64,000 nucleotides of DNA from Deltaproteobacteria bacterium (GTDB lineage: Bacteria; Myxococcota_A; UBA9160; SZUA-336), in NCBI GenBank assembly GCA_019311115.1, contig JAFDDB010000003.1:11852-75851 (forward strand). Reading direction: 5' to 3'. Under the pieces are notes generated by a model, which saw only the letters and a list, made by a program, of their open reading frames with translations, was not told where the DNA came from and made no database searches. Positions 22,939 through 32,939 of this stretch are shown piece by piece; position 1 is the stretch's first letter, and each line of letters begins with the position of its first letter. The translations under genes were made by a program, and so were the position numbers.

Positions 22939-24237
22939 TCAGGCGTCCTGCGGAGGCAGCGCGCCGGGGAAGACCCAGCCGAACGCCAGGAAGCACAGGA
23001 AGAACAGCCCGATGAAGCCCGCCAGGATGCCGAGCTCGATCCCGCCGAAGGGCGTGACCGGCGCACCGGCCAGGACCTGCTCCGGAGAAACCAGCGACGG
23101 CGTCACCAAGATGTAGCGCTCGATCCAGAAGCCGATCAGCGAGCCGCTGGCGACCGCGCCGAGGATGATCGGCGTCTTCTTCGGCTTCTGGCCCAGCAGC
23201 ACCCAGAACGGGATGACCCAGCACAGGAACCACGCGGTCAGCGTGATCTGCACGTAGGGCTCCGCGATGCGCGTCCAGAAGCCGGTCATGTACCAGGTGT
23301 CCTGCAGGAACTGCGTGCCGAGCCGCGCCGCGATGAAGCCGGTCTCCTCGGGGATGTTGCCGTACCAGATCACCAGGTACTGCGACCAGAACAGGTACAT
23401 CCAGAAGATCGAGAAGGCGAAGACCATCTTTCCCAGGTCGTGCCGGCGGCTCTCCGTGACCTCGCCCGTGAGCTCGCGCGAGTTGCGCAGGATCAGCGAG
23501 AGGAGCGCCGTCATGCTGATGGCGGAGAGGAAGCCGCCCCAGCTGTAGTAGGCGGGGAACATGGTGCTGACCCAGTGCGGCGACAGCGACATGATCATGT
23601 CGACGCCGATCAGCGAGTACGAGATAGCGTACGAGAGGGCGAGAACCGCGGCCATCTTGCGCAGCCTGCGCTCGGCCAGCTCGCGCTCCGCGGCCTCGCC
23701 GCGCCAGCCGGCGGTCCAGCGCTGGATCAGCGCGCCCTTCCAGCCCGTGGCTGTTTCGCGCGCCGCGCCCAGCGACGGCCGCACGGACAGGTACAGGTAC
23801 ACCTGGGAGACGAACGTCATCCAGATCAGCGCGAAGAAGTCGCGGCCGAAGGTGAAGCTCTCCGTGTACCACCACTCCTTGCCGTAGACGGCGTGGTGGG
23901 TCCAGCCGAAGAGCTCGTGGCGCCCGGCCCAGATGGCGATGAACAACACCAGCGAGAGCGGAACGAACGCACCCAGGGCGTCGATCAGGCGGTGCACCGG
24001 GCCGGCCCACTTGCCGTTCGTCAGGCGGATGGCCGCCGAGAGCACGAGCGCGCCCTGCGAGAGTGCCGCGAAGAGCAGCCAGTTGTGCAGGAAGACGCGG
24101 TACGTGCGCTTCACCGTGTCGGCGTCGGAGCTGGACACGCCGCCCAGGAAGACGACGAGGCCCAGCATGGCGAGCAGCCCGAACAGCGCCGCGGGAACGG
24201 CGGGGAGACCCCTCGGCTTCGACAGATCGATACTCAC
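22939..24237 (-). CDS. actF: Alternative complex III membrane subunit ActF
   Basis: NrfD-like TM protein; MSLSPHWVSTMF, HDLGKMVFAFSIFWMYLFWSQYLVIWYGNIPEE. Confidence 0.9.
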   Translation of the reverse strand: MSIDLSKPRGLPAVPAALFGLLAMLGLVVFLGGVSSSDADTVKRTYRVFLHNWLLFAALSQGALVLSAAIRLTNGKWAGPVHRLIDALGAFVPLSLVLFIAIWAGRHELFGWTHHAVYGKEWWYTESFTFGRDFFALIWMTFVSQVYLYLSVRPSLGAARETATGWKGALIQRWTAGWRGEAAERELAERRLRKMAAVLALSYAISYSLIGVDMIMSLSPHWVSTMFPAYYSWGGFLSAISMTALLSLILRNSRELTGEVTESRRHDLGKMVFAFSIFWMYLFWSQYLVIWYGNIPEETGFIAARLGTQFLQDTWYMTGFWTRIAEPYVQITLTAWFLCWVIPFWVLLGQKPKKTPIILGAVASGSLIGFWIERYILVTPSLVSPEQVLAGAPVTPFGGIELGILAGFIGLFFLCFLAFGWVFPGALPPQDA

Positions 24238-24240
24238 CGG

Positions 24241-24777
24241 TCAGTTCCTCGGAATCAGCTTGCGCAGGTAGTTCACGACGTGCCACCGATCCTCGGCCGG
24301 GATCTGCGGGTAGCCAGGCATGCCGGGCTTGCCGTAGCGGATCTTGGTGAACAGGAACCCGTCCACGTAGGCGGGCACGGCCTGGAGCGGGGGCGGCGGC
24401 ATGCCGCTCTCGCTGAGGCGCCGCGCGACCGGCACCTGCGCCTGGTTCGACATGCCGTCGTCACCGTGGCAGACCTTGCAGTAGATGCCGTAGACCACCT
24501 TGCCGCGCTCCACCGATGCCGCCGTGGCGGGAACCGGGTTCACGAGAGCCATGGCCTGCGGCATGAACGCCGGCACCGGAGAGTCGATGCGCGGCTCCAT
24601 CCCGCCGAGCGGAATCGTCCCCTGCGGAGGATCGAAGGGCTGGTGGCCCTCGAGCGCCTGTACCGCGACCTGCTCCTTCATCTGCGCGAACCAGGTCGGA
24701 GCGACCTGCTCCCAGCAAGCCGAGGTCGCGAACGCGAGCCCGACGAGCAGCGCCAGCTGCCTAGCCCTCGACAACAC
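24241..24777 (-). CDS. actE: Alternative complex III monoheme cytochrome c lipoprotein ActE
   Basis: Lipobox TSAC, M..Q...PPQGTIP, CKVCH, MPGY...DRWHVVNY; operon position. Confidence 0.88.
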   Translation of the reverse strand: MLSRARQLALLVGLAFATSACWEQVAPTWFAQMKEQVAVQALEGHQPFDPPQGTIPLGGMEPRIDSPVPAFMPQAMALVNPVPATAASVERGKVVYGIYCKVCHGDDGMSNQAQVPVARRLSESGMPPPPLQAVPAYVDGFLFTKIRYGKPGMPGYPQIPAEDRWHVVNYLRKLIPRN

Positions 24778-25264
24778 GCACCTCCGAGCACCCCGCGCTC
24801 TCCAGCAATTCCTGGACGCGGGGGATCTGGTCGGCCTGGCACTCCACGACGCAGCCGAAGTCGCCGACGCTGAAGCTCGGCCGGTACCCGCGCGACTTCT
24901 GCTTCGGGAGCAGCAGCCCGTACACGAGCAGGGCCCCTACGGTCAGGGCTCCGCCGAACAGGATCGTCAGCTCGAACGCGATCACGGTGTAGGCGGGGAT
25001 CGAGGCGAAGGGCTTGCCGGCGATCACGAGTTCCCAGTCGTACGACATCCAGATGGTCATCAGGTAGCCGAGCGTGACTCCGGTCAGGCCGCCGATGAGC
25101 GTCCAGAGGCGCACCCCGCTCGGCGCCGGATTGAAGGCGTGCTCGATCTCGTGGCTCGGGATCGGCGAGAACACCTCGAGGTCGTCGAAGCCGGCGCCGC
25201 GAAGCGAGTGGATCACTCCCACGGTCTCGGCCGGACTCTTCAGCACTCCCAGGACCGAGGCCAT
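24761..25264 (-). CDS. actD: Alternative complex III subunit ActD (DUF3341)
   Basis: EVFSPIP, IAGKP..S.PAY.VIAFELTILFG; TGATG coupling with actC. Confidence 0.9.
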   Translation of the reverse strand: MASVLGVLKSPAETVGVIHSLRGAGFDDLEVFSPIPSHEIEHAFNPAPSGVRLWTLIGGLTGVTLGYLMTIWMSYDWELVIAGKPFASIPAYTVIAFELTILFGGALTVGALLVYGLLLPKQKSRGYRPSFSVGDFGCVVECQADQIPRVQELLESAGCSEVRVVEG

Positions 25265-26595
25265 CAGTGTGCCTCCGCGTGTTCGTACTGCTCTTCCTTG
25301 ACCTCCTGGATCGCGATCACCGGGAACATCCGGAGGAAGAGCAGGAACCACATGAAGAAGTGGGCGAAGCTCGCCACGAGGATCGTCAGTTCGACCCAGG
25401 ACGGCGTGTAGTAACCCCACGCGGCGGGGTCGTACTCGTGGCTCAGGCCTGTCGTGATGATGACGAAGCGCTCGAACCACATGCCGATGTTGATCAGGAT
25501 CGAGGTGCACCACATCCAGGTGATGTTGAGCCGGAAGCGCTTGAGCCAGAGCGGCAGCGGCACGATCACGTTGCAGGTGATCATGATCCAGGTCGCCCAC
25601 CAGTAGTCGCCGAACGCGCGGTGCCAGAACGACATCTGCTCGTACGGGTTGGCGCTGTACCAGGCCATGAAGTACTCGACGGCGTACGCGTAACCGACGA
25701 TCGTCGACGTGAGCACGATGAACTTGCCCATGTTGTCGAAGTGCTCGGCCCGGATGAAGCGCTCGAGCGAGAACGCCTTGCGCACGGGCACCAGCACCGT
25801 GATGACCATGGCCATGCCGGAGAAGATCGCGCCGGCCACGAAGTACGGCGCGAAGATCGTGGTGTGCCAGCCCGGAACGAGCGACATGGCGAAGTCCCAG
25901 GACACGACGGAGTGCACGGACAGCACGAGAGGCGTGGCGAGCCCCGACAGGTGGAGGACGGCGCGTGAGTGATGGCGCCACTGCTCCGCCGTGCCGCGCC
26001 AGCCGAGTGCCAGCACGCCGTAGAGGTGGCGGCGCCAGTCCGTGATCCGGTCGCGCGCGGCTGCGATGTCGGGGATCAGCCCGACGGCGAAGAACAGGAT
26101 CGAGATGATCGTGTAGGTCCCGACCGCGAACACGTCCCACTCGAGCGGACTCTTGAAGTTCGTCCACAGCCCCCGCTGGTTCGGGTACGGGAGCATGAAG
26201 TAGAACTTCCAGAGACGGCCGATGTGGATCAGCGGAAAGAGACCCGCCGTGATGACCGAGAAGACGGTCATGGCCTCGGCGCCGCGGTTGATCGCGTTCC
26301 GCCACTTGGCGCGGAACAGGTAGAGGATCGCCGAGATCAGCGTTCCGGCGTGCGCGATGCCGACCCAGAACACGAAGGTCGTGATGTACACGCCCCACAT
26401 GACCGGGTGCATGAGGCCGGTCACGCCCATCCCGGCGTAGGTCTGGTAGGCGAGAGCGGCCGCGCCGGCCCCGACCAGTCCCATCATCGTCAGCACCGCG
26501 ACCACGTAGATCGGCGACGGCGGCGCGAGGACCGCGAGGATGCCCTCGTTGTAGTCCTCGGGCGAAGTGGGGACCGGATCGGTGATGGCAGCCAT
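25264..26595 (-). CDS. actC: Alternative complex III quinol-binding subunit ActC (NrfD family)
   Basis: FVFWVGIAHAGTLISAIL, IHIGR, SPLEWD, SVHSVVSWDFA..PGWHTTIF.PYFVAGAIFSG, GMWFERF. Confidence 0.95.
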   Translation of the reverse strand: MAAITDPVPTSPEDYNEGILAVLAPPSPIYVVAVLTMMGLVGAGAAALAYQTYAGMGVTGLMHPVMWGVYITTFVFWVGIAHAGTLISAILYLFRAKWRNAINRGAEAMTVFSVITAGLFPLIHIGRLWKFYFMLPYPNQRGLWTNFKSPLEWDVFAVGTYTIISILFFAVGLIPDIAAARDRITDWRRHLYGVLALGWRGTAEQWRHHSRAVLHLSGLATPLVLSVHSVVSWDFAMSLVPGWHTTIFAPYFVAGAIFSGMAMVITVLVPVRKAFSLERFIRAEHFDNMGKFIVLTSTIVGYAYAVEYFMAWYSANPYEQMSFWHRAFGDYWWATWIMITCNVIVPLPLWLKRFRLNITWMWCTSILINIGMWFERFVIITTGLSHEYDPAAWGYYTPSWVELTILVASFAHFFMWFLLFLRMFPVIAIQEVKEEQYEHAEAH

Positions 26596-26602
26596 TCGAG
26601 TC

Positions 26603-29551
26603 CTACGCCTCGTCCCGGCGCGAGATCTGCTTCAGGTAGGTCACGGCGGGGCGCGTGTTCAGGTGGTGCAGGATCCAGTACGCGCGGTCTTCACGGCGAA
26701 GCACGCTGACGCGGCTCTCGGGGTCCTTGTAGTTCCCGAACACGATCGCGCCGGTCGGGCAGGCCTGCTGGCAGGCGCTGACGACCTCGCCGTCGCGCAC
26801 CTTGCGCTTCTCGGCCGAAGCGGTGTCCTTGGCCGCGTTGATGCGCTGCACGCAGAAGGTGCACTTCTCCATCACGCCCTTCGAGCGCACGGTCACGTCG
26901 GGATTCAACGCCAGGTGCTCGGGCTCGCGGATGAACCAGTCGTAGGGCCAATAGTTGAAGCGGCGCGCCTTGTAAGGGCAGTTGTTTCCGCAGTAGCGGG
27001 TGCCGATGCACCGGTTGTACACCATGACGTTCAGCCCTTCCGGACTGTGGTAGGTCGCGAAGACGGGGCAGACGGCCTCGCACGGCGCGGCGCCGCAGTG
27101 CTGGCAGAGCATCGGGAGGCTTCGGGACTCGATCTCGCCGCCGTGATGCTCGACGTACCGCTCGATGCGGAGCCAGTGCATCTCGCGGCCCTTGCGCACG
27201 GCCTCTTCACCCGGCGACGGCGTGTTGTTCTCCACCGCGCAGGCGACCGTGCACGCTCCGCAGCCCGTACAGGCGTCGACGTCGATGCTCATGCCCCAGC
27301 GGTAGTCGGGATCGCGGGCGTCCTTGGACGGATCGAAGTCCACCGTCTCCAGGTGGGAGGCCGACGCCCAGCGCGGGGTCTCCTGGTGCTCGCCGCCGTG
27401 CTCCTCGGAGGAAGCGTGGCCCTCGCCGTGGCCGCCGCCCGCCAGCGCCGCGAGCGTGGTGCTCTGCGCGAAGCCGCGCCCCTCCTGGTCGAAGGTCGTC
27501 TGCGTGCGCGCCACGAGTCGCTTCTCGCCGGTCGCCGCCACGCTGGCGCGCGTGGAGAGCCAGGCAAGTGCACCGGACGCGCTGTCGAGGCGGCCCGGCA
27601 GCAGCGCCAGGGCGTTCACGCCGATCGTCCCGCGGCGTTGGAGCGGATCCTGGCCCTCGATCGAGGGGTCTACCGGGATGTGACCCTGCCCGGCGGAGAT
27701 CGCGACCGTACCCGGTCGCTGCGCTTCGCTCGGGAAGACGGCGAGCTCTACCTCGCCGGTGTCGGTCGTCACGCGGACGACGTCGCCGAGACCGACGCCG
27801 AGCGATGCCGCGGTGTCGGGATGCAGCTCCGCGTAGCTCGCCCAGACGGTCTTCGTGACCGGGTTGGGAATCTCCTGGAGCATGGCGATACGCGCGCTGC
27901 GTCCGTCGCCGAAGCTCGCCGACGGGTAGACGAGCAGCGTCAGGTCGCCCTTGCCCTCGATCGGCGCGGCGTCGAAGGACAGGCCGCCGGCATTCCCGCT
28001 GAAGGAGACCGGCGAGTCCGCCACCCGCGAGAAGCTGCCGCCCGCGCCGAGCGCGGTGTCGAAGCTCTCGCCCCAGTGGTCGCGGAGCTTCTGCTGGACC
28101 GAGCCTTCCGGCCCGGCACCGAGCCGCGTGCCGAGGTCGAGCAACACGTCGCCGGTCTGGCGCGTGTCGAAGAGCGGGCGGATGGTCGGCTGCTGCAGGT
28201 TGTGCACGCCCACCACCGCCTCCACGTCACCCCACGCCTCGTAGGGCGTGTGGTCCGGCAGGACCAGGTCGGCCAGCGCCGTCGTCTCGTCGTTCGAGCT
28301 GGCGAAGCTGACGGTGTACAGCCCCTTGGTCTTCATCGCGTCCTGGAAGCCGGTCTGCGACGCCGAGTAGACGGGGTTCGAGCCGTGCACGAGCAGCACC
28401 GCGACCTCGCCGCCGCGGAGCTTGCCCGCCAGCGCCTTCACGTCTTCGAAGCGGTCGAGCCGCGACAGGTTGTGGTCGGGCCCGAAGAGCACGGTGCGGC
28501 CGATGGCGCCGCTCGCCACGTTCAGCAGCTGCACGGCGGCTGCGAAGCCCGATGCGTTCACGGTCTGGAGCTCGTTGCCGGGCGGCAGCGCGACCGGCGA
28601 CTTCGCCGATGCGATGCGTCCGGCGAGCTTCTCGATCACCGCCGCCTCGATCCCGGTGGCCTTGGCCACGTCGGCGATCGAGTGCTTGGCGATCGCGTTG
28701 CCCGCTGCGCCGAGCGAGACGCCCTTGCGGCGAGCGACCTCGCGCGCGAGCGCGGCGGCGATCAGGATCTCGGTGCCGGGCTCCGGCGCGATCCACTGGT
28801 CGGCGTTCGAGCCGGAGAGGCCGAGCCGCGGCCCCACGTAGGCCGCGTACGACTTGCCGCCCTTGCGGCCCTCGGCCCAGAGCCGCGCGTTCTGCGCCGG
28901 ATTGAGCCAGGTCTCGAGGAAGTCCGTTCCGAACGCGACCACGACGTCGGCGCGATCGAGCGCGAAGTGCGGGACGGCCGCGCGTCCGAAGAGCTTCTCG
29001 TTCGCGGTGCGCAGGGCCTCGTAGCCGAAGACCTCGTAGCGCACGCGGTTCGACGAGCCGGCCGCCTTCATGAAGCCGTCGACGATCGAGTCGGTCACGC
29101 CGGTCTGGAGTCCGCCCAGGAAGGCGATCTTCCCGGTGCCGACGAGCGGCTGGAGCCTCGCCGACAGCTCGGTGAGCGCGTCGTCCCAGGAGATTGGCGC
29201 GAGCGCACCGTCATCGCCGCGCTTCATCGGGCCTGGGAAGCGCGCGGCATCGTAGGTGCGCATGAGGCTCGCCTGGCCGCGCAGACAGAGGACTCCGCCG
29301 TTCGTCGGGTCGGCGGGCAGACCGTCCACCTTGATGGGGCGGCCCTCGCGCGTCTTCACGTCGATCCCGCAGCCGGCCGGGCACTCTCGGCACACGCTCG
29401 CGTAGTGCGTGGGTATGCCGGGAATGATCTCCTCGGGCTGGTTCAGGTACGGGATGACCTTCTCTACGGGCTCCTTGCACGCCGCGGTCGCGACTGCACC
29501 CGCGGACAGACCCGCGATCTTCAGAAAGTTCCTGCGGTCGAGCTCAGGCAT
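26603..29551 (-). CDS. actB: Alternative complex III subunit ActB (molybdopterin-oxidoreductase fold plus Fe-S domain)
   Basis: Tat signal DRRNFLK with lipid Cys, EGRPIKVDG, and Fe-S motifs CTGCGAC..AC, CQHC...C...C, CIGTRYC...C, CTFC...CQQAC. Confidence 0.95.
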   Translation of the reverse strand: MPELDRRNFLKIAGLSAGAVATAACKEPVEKVIPYLNQPEEIIPGIPTHYASVCRECPAGCGIDVKTREGRPIKVDGLPADPTNGGVLCLRGQASLMRTYDAARFPGPMKRGDDGALAPISWDDALTELSARLQPLVGTGKIAFLGGLQTGVTDSIVDGFMKAAGSSNRVRYEVFGYEALRTANEKLFGRAAVPHFALDRADVVVAFGTDFLETWLNPAQNARLWAEGRKGGKSYAAYVGPRLGLSGSNADQWIAPEPGTEILIAAALAREVARRKGVSLGAAGNAIAKHSIADVAKATGIEAAVIEKLAGRIASAKSPVALPPGNELQTVNASGFAAAVQLLNVASGAIGRTVLFGPDHNLSRLDRFEDVKALAGKLRGGEVAVLLVHGSNPVYSASQTGFQDAMKTKGLYTVSFASSNDETTALADLVLPDHTPYEAWGDVEAVVGVHNLQQPTIRPLFDTRQTGDVLLDLGTRLGAGPEGSVQQKLRDHWGESFDTALGAGGSFSRVADSPVSFSGNAGGLSFDAAPIEGKGDLTLLVYPSASFGDGRSARIAMLQEIPNPVTKTVWASYAELHPDTAASLGVGLGDVVRVTTDTGEVELAVFPSEAQRPGTVAISAGQGHIPVDPSIEGQDPLQRRGTIGVNALALLPGRLDSASGALAWLSTRASVAATGEKRLVARTQTTFDQEGRGFAQSTTLAALAGGGHGEGHASSEEHGGEHQETPRWASASHLETVDFDPSKDARDPDYRWGMSIDVDACTGCGACTVACAVENNTPSPGEEAVRKGREMHWLRIERYVEHHGGEIESRSLPMLCQHCGAAPCEAVCPVFATYHSPEGLNVMVYNRCIGTRYCGNNCPYKARRFNYWPYDWFIREPEHLALNPDVTVRSKGVMEKCTFCVQRINAAKDTASAEKRKVRDGEVVSACQQACPTGAIVFGNYKDPESRVSVLRREDRAYWILHHLNTRPAVTYLKQISRRDEA

Positions 29552-29576
29552 CGTGTCCGAGGTCCCCGGCTTCGTC

Positions 29577-30158
29577 TCAGTAGTGGCAGGCGGTGCAGTC
29601 GTCCGCCGCGCCCATCTCGAGGTGACAGTCCATGCACCAGCCCATCTCGAGCTTGGCCGCGGGCAGCCAGAGGCTGTGGTTCCGCGTCACCGTGTCCGGC
29701 GTCATGTAGACGCGGTTCATCTCCTGGATGGGTCCGTGACACCGCTGGCACTCCACGCCGGCCTGCACGTGCCTCATGTGCTTGAACTGCACGTGCTCGG
29801 GCAAGTTGTAGATCCTCAGCCAGGGGATCGACTCGCCGCTCTCGTAGTAGCTGGCGATCTTGGCGATCTCCTCGGCGCTACCGGGCGACTCGCCTTCCTT
29901 CACCCACTGGTGGCAGCCCATGCACACCGAGACCGCGGGGATCGTGGCGTGCGGGCCCTTGTCCGCAGCGGTGTGGCAGTACAGGCACTCGATCTCGAGC
30001 TTGGTCGCGTGCACCGCGTGACTGAACTCGATCGGCTGCACTTCGCCGGCGAGCTCTTCGTCCGTGTACGAGTAGAGACTGGCCGCCGCTCCTGCGGCAA
30101 CAGCCACGAGCGCGCACAGAGCGGTAGCGAGGGGGATAAGACGCTTGGGGGATCCCAT
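29577..30158 (-). CDS. actA: Alternative complex III pentaheme cytochrome ActA
   Basis: QPIEFSH and five CxxCH motifs (CLYCH, CMGCH, CQRCH, CMDCH, CTACH). Confidence 0.93.
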   Translation of the reverse strand: MGSPKRLIPLATALCALVAVAAGAAASLYSYTDEELAGEVQPIEFSHAVHATKLEIECLYCHTAADKGPHATIPAVSVCMGCHQWVKEGESPGSAEEIAKIASYYESGESIPWLRIYNLPEHVQFKHMRHVQAGVECQRCHGPIQEMNRVYMTPDTVTRNHSLWLPAAKLEMGWCMDCHLEMGAADDCTACHY

Positions 30159-30217
30159 GGCCGGCGCAAGGTGTAGTCCATCGCGCCGGTGAGATGCAAG
30201 TAATTTGCAGATACCGA

Positions 30218-30847
30218 TCAGCGCGAACCGGCGAGCGGCGCGAAGCGGAGCATGGGAAAGCTGCCGAACCCCGGGGGCTCGCGGTAGTTCACCAGGCGAA
30301 GCACGCCGCAGTGGTCGAAGCCGAAGGGGACCTCGTCGCGGACCGGCATGCCGAGCAACTGCTGCAGCGCGTAGTTCAATAGCCCCCCGTGCGAGACCAC
30401 GAGGAGGGAATCGCCCTCGGACTGCAGCTCGCGCTCGAGGCGCTTGCGCACCTGCGCGGCCCGGGCCACGAACGCGTCGCGCGACTCGCCACCCGGAGCG
30501 GTCCGGCCACTTGCGGCGAGGCGCGCGACCACGCTGTGACCTCGTTCAAAATCGCGGGGGTAGCGCCGCGCGGCGTCCGCGAACGAGAGGCCCGTCAACT
30601 CGCCGGTCTCGCCCTCGGCCAGGCTGGGGGAAATTTCCACCGCAAGGTCCCTGCCCTCCAGGAGGATCTCCGCCGTCTCGGCCGCGCGGACCAACGGGGA
30701 GACGAGGCAGCCGCGGAGCGAAACTCCCGCGAAGCCGGCCGCGAGGTCGCGAGCCTGCTCGACACCGCGCTCGGTCAGGCCCTGGTCGCCGAACCGGAGT
30801 TCGGCCGCGGCGCGATCCTCTGCATGGCGTACCAGGTAGACGGCCAT
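30218..30847 (-). CDS. Histidine phosphatase (phosphoglycerate-mutase-like) family protein
   Basis: LVRHAE, SPL.RA.ETA, PGGES, VVSHGG. Confidence 0.88.
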   Translation of the reverse strand: MAVYLVRHAEDRAAAELRFGDQGLTERGVEQARDLAAGFAGVSLRGCLVSPLVRAAETAEILLEGRDLAVEISPSLAEGETGELTGLSFADAARRYPRDFERGHSVVARLAASGRTAPGGESRDAFVARAAQVRKRLERELQSEGDSLLVVSHGGLLNYALQQLLGMPVRDEVPFGFDHCGVLRLVNYREPPGFGSFPMLRFAPLAGSR

Positions 30848-30848
30848 C

Positions 30849-32516
30849 TCACGCGGCCGCCGGCTCGCCCCGGTCGCGGCGCAGCAACTGCAGACCCTCG
30901 AGCAGGATCCAGACGTCGAGGACCAGGATGAGCGAGCTCGACCCCGCGAGCAGCCAGTTGCCCGCGGCGAAGTGCGCGCGCGCCTCGCCGATTATCGCCA
31001 GCAGCGTGGCGACGACGACGAAGACCATCGGGACGAGCGTGTAAACGTACGGCCGGCCGAGCCGCCGCAGCCAGATCGACACGACCAGCAAGGTGAGCCC
31101 CGCCACCAGCTGGTTCGTCGTACCGAAGAGCGGCCACAGGATGAGCCCGCCCTTGCCCCCGGCCTGAGTCACTGCGAGCAGCGTGGCCGCGCCGATGCCG
31201 AGCGCGGCGGCCGCATAGCGATTGCGGAGCGGCTTGACGCCGTAGATGCCGGCGAGCTCGGAGATGATCATCCGCAGGATTCGCGCACCCGTGTCGAGCG
31301 ACGTCGCGGCAAAAGCGATCACCATGACGGCGATGAACGTGCGCGCCGTGTCGACCGGCACGCCCAGCTCGGCGACGAAGCGCCCTCCACCGTTGACGAA
31401 CGCCTCCAGCTTGGGCGCGAGGCCGGAAGCCGCTCCCCAGCTCGCGTAGTGCACGTGCCACTCGCTGGCGTTCGCGAAGCCCGCGGTGGTCGCCAGAACG
31501 GCGAGCAGGCCCAGCGTCCCCTCCCCGAGCATCCCGCCGTAACCGATCGGGCGAGCGTCGGTCATGCAACCGACCTGCTTCGACGTCGTGCCCGACGAGA
31601 CCAGCCCGTGAAAGCCCGAGATGGCCCCGCAGGCGATCGTGATGAACAAGAAGGGGAGCATGGGCGGAGCGCCCGCCGGGTCCGGGTTGATCGCGGGCGC
31701 CTGGATCTCGGGCTGCAGGACCACCAGCCCCAGCACGAGCACGGTGATCCCGGTGATCAACTGGTGCGAGTTCAGGTAGTCGCGCGGCTGGAGCAGCAGC
31801 CAGACCGGAAGCACCGACGCCACGAACGAGTAGCCGAGCAGCAGCCAGACCCAGGTCGCGACCGAGATCTCGCCGAGCCAGGGCCACGCCAGGGCCACGC
31901 CCTGCCCCTGGAAGACGGCGGCCAGCAGGATGATGTAGCCCACCACCGACGGAGCGAAGATGCCGACCCCGCGCCGGTAGACGAGCCACCCGAGCAGCAG
32001 GGCGACGATGATCTGCACGTTGATCGGGAAGATCGCGGCCGGGTAGCTGTGGAAGAGCGTCCCGATGATGAAGGCGAACACGGCGAGCACGATCCAGATC
32101 AGCGTGGCGATGACCAGCAGGAAGAGCGTCTGCGCGCGCGGGCTGATCACGCGCCCGGTGATCTCGCCGATCGACTGTCCGCGGCTCCGCAGGCTGATCA
32201 CGAGCGCCGCGAAGTCGTGCACCGCGCCCATGAAGATCGTCCCGACGACGACCCAGAGCAGCGCCGGCACCCAGCCCCAGATGACCGCGAGCGAGGGCCC
32301 CACGATCGGCGCGGCCCCGGCGATCGACGTGTAGTGGTGGCCCCAGAGCACACTGAGGCGCGTCGGGACGAAGTCGACCCCGTCCTCGAGCTCGCGCGAA
32401 GGCACGAGCTCGTCGGCGCGCAGCCCGAAGACGCGCTTCGCGAGGAAGCGCGAGTAGAAGCGGTACGCCAGCAGGAAGCACCCGATGACCAGCAGGGCGA
32501 CGACCGCGGCGTTCAA
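30849..32516 (-). CDS. cstA: Carbon starvation protein A family transporter
   Basis: DGVDFVPT, GHHYTSIAGAAPIVGP, LLQPRDY, TIACGAISGFH, WPLFGTTNQL. Confidence 0.95.
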   Translation of the reverse strand: MNAAVVALLVIGCFLLAYRFYSRFLAKRVFGLRADELVPSRELEDGVDFVPTRLSVLWGHHYTSIAGAAPIVGPSLAVIWGWVPALLWVVVGTIFMGAVHDFAALVISLRSRGQSIGEITGRVISPRAQTLFLLVIATLIWIVLAVFAFIIGTLFHSYPAAIFPINVQIIVALLLGWLVYRRGVGIFAPSVVGYIILLAAVFQGQGVALAWPWLGEISVATWVWLLLGYSFVASVLPVWLLLQPRDYLNSHQLITGITVLVLGLVVLQPEIQAPAINPDPAGAPPMLPFLFITIACGAISGFHGLVSSGTTSKQVGCMTDARPIGYGGMLGEGTLGLLAVLATTAGFANASEWHVHYASWGAASGLAPKLEAFVNGGGRFVAELGVPVDTARTFIAVMVIAFAATSLDTGARILRMIISELAGIYGVKPLRNRYAAAALGIGAATLLAVTQAGGKGGLILWPLFGTTNQLVAGLTLLVVSIWLRRLGRPYVYTLVPMVFVVVATLLAIIGEARAHFAAGNWLLAGSSSLILVLDVWILLEGLQLLRRDRGEPAAA

Positions 32517-32528
32517 TCGGCGCGACCT

Positions 32529-32915
32529 CTAGCGGTACGTCGGGTTCGCCACGGCGAGGCGCTGGCCGACGCTCTCGCGCAGGTACGCGAATACCTCGGC
32601 GCGGAACGCCGCCTCGTCCGCGTCGCCGCGCCGGATCCGCTCGCAGAGAGAGGCCTCGAGCTCGTCGACGGCCGCGTCGAGCCCGGCCAGGTCGGAAGGA
32701 GCCTCGCCGGCCCGCCCCATCAGCGCCGCCAGCTTCGCGTAGCGCACGGGCAGCGCGTCGGGCTCCTGCTCGATCTCACGCGCGACGATGCCGAGCGCGT
32801 TCGAGGCGACGCGCGCGTGGAAGCGCCGCACGCCTTCGAGCTCGGGAAGCAGATCCTCGTCGAGAAAGCGCCGTACCGCCTCGAGTAGCTCGCTCTTCGT
32901 CGGCCGGTCTCCCAT
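32529..32915 (-). CDS. DUF6285-like hypothetical protein
   Basis: DRPT..ELLEAV..FL...FHARVA.NAL.IV.RE...LAVANP.Y pattern. Confidence 0.7.
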   Translation of the reverse strand: MGDRPTKSELLEAVRRFLDEDLLPELEGVRRFHARVASNALGIVAREIEQEPDALPVRYAKLAALMGRAGEAPSDLAGLDAAVDELEASLCERIRRGDADEAAFRAEVFAYLRESVGQRLAVANPTYR

Positions 32916-32939
32916 GCCGCCCGAAGATACCACGGCGCG

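Noticed and set aside
24761-26398. 545-aa ORF suggesting a long ActD or a frameshift fusion
   Set aside because: Only the last 167 aa are ActD; the upstream part is an alternate frame of actC, and the TGATG coupling marks the real start.
26567-29785. 1072-aa ORF on the + strand, plus many other long antisense or alternate-frame ORFs (e.g. 18326-20758, 12645-14690, 42206-43675)
   Set aside because: Shadow ORFs of real genes, caused by high GC and codon bias; Arg/Ala/Pro-rich or motif-free translations.
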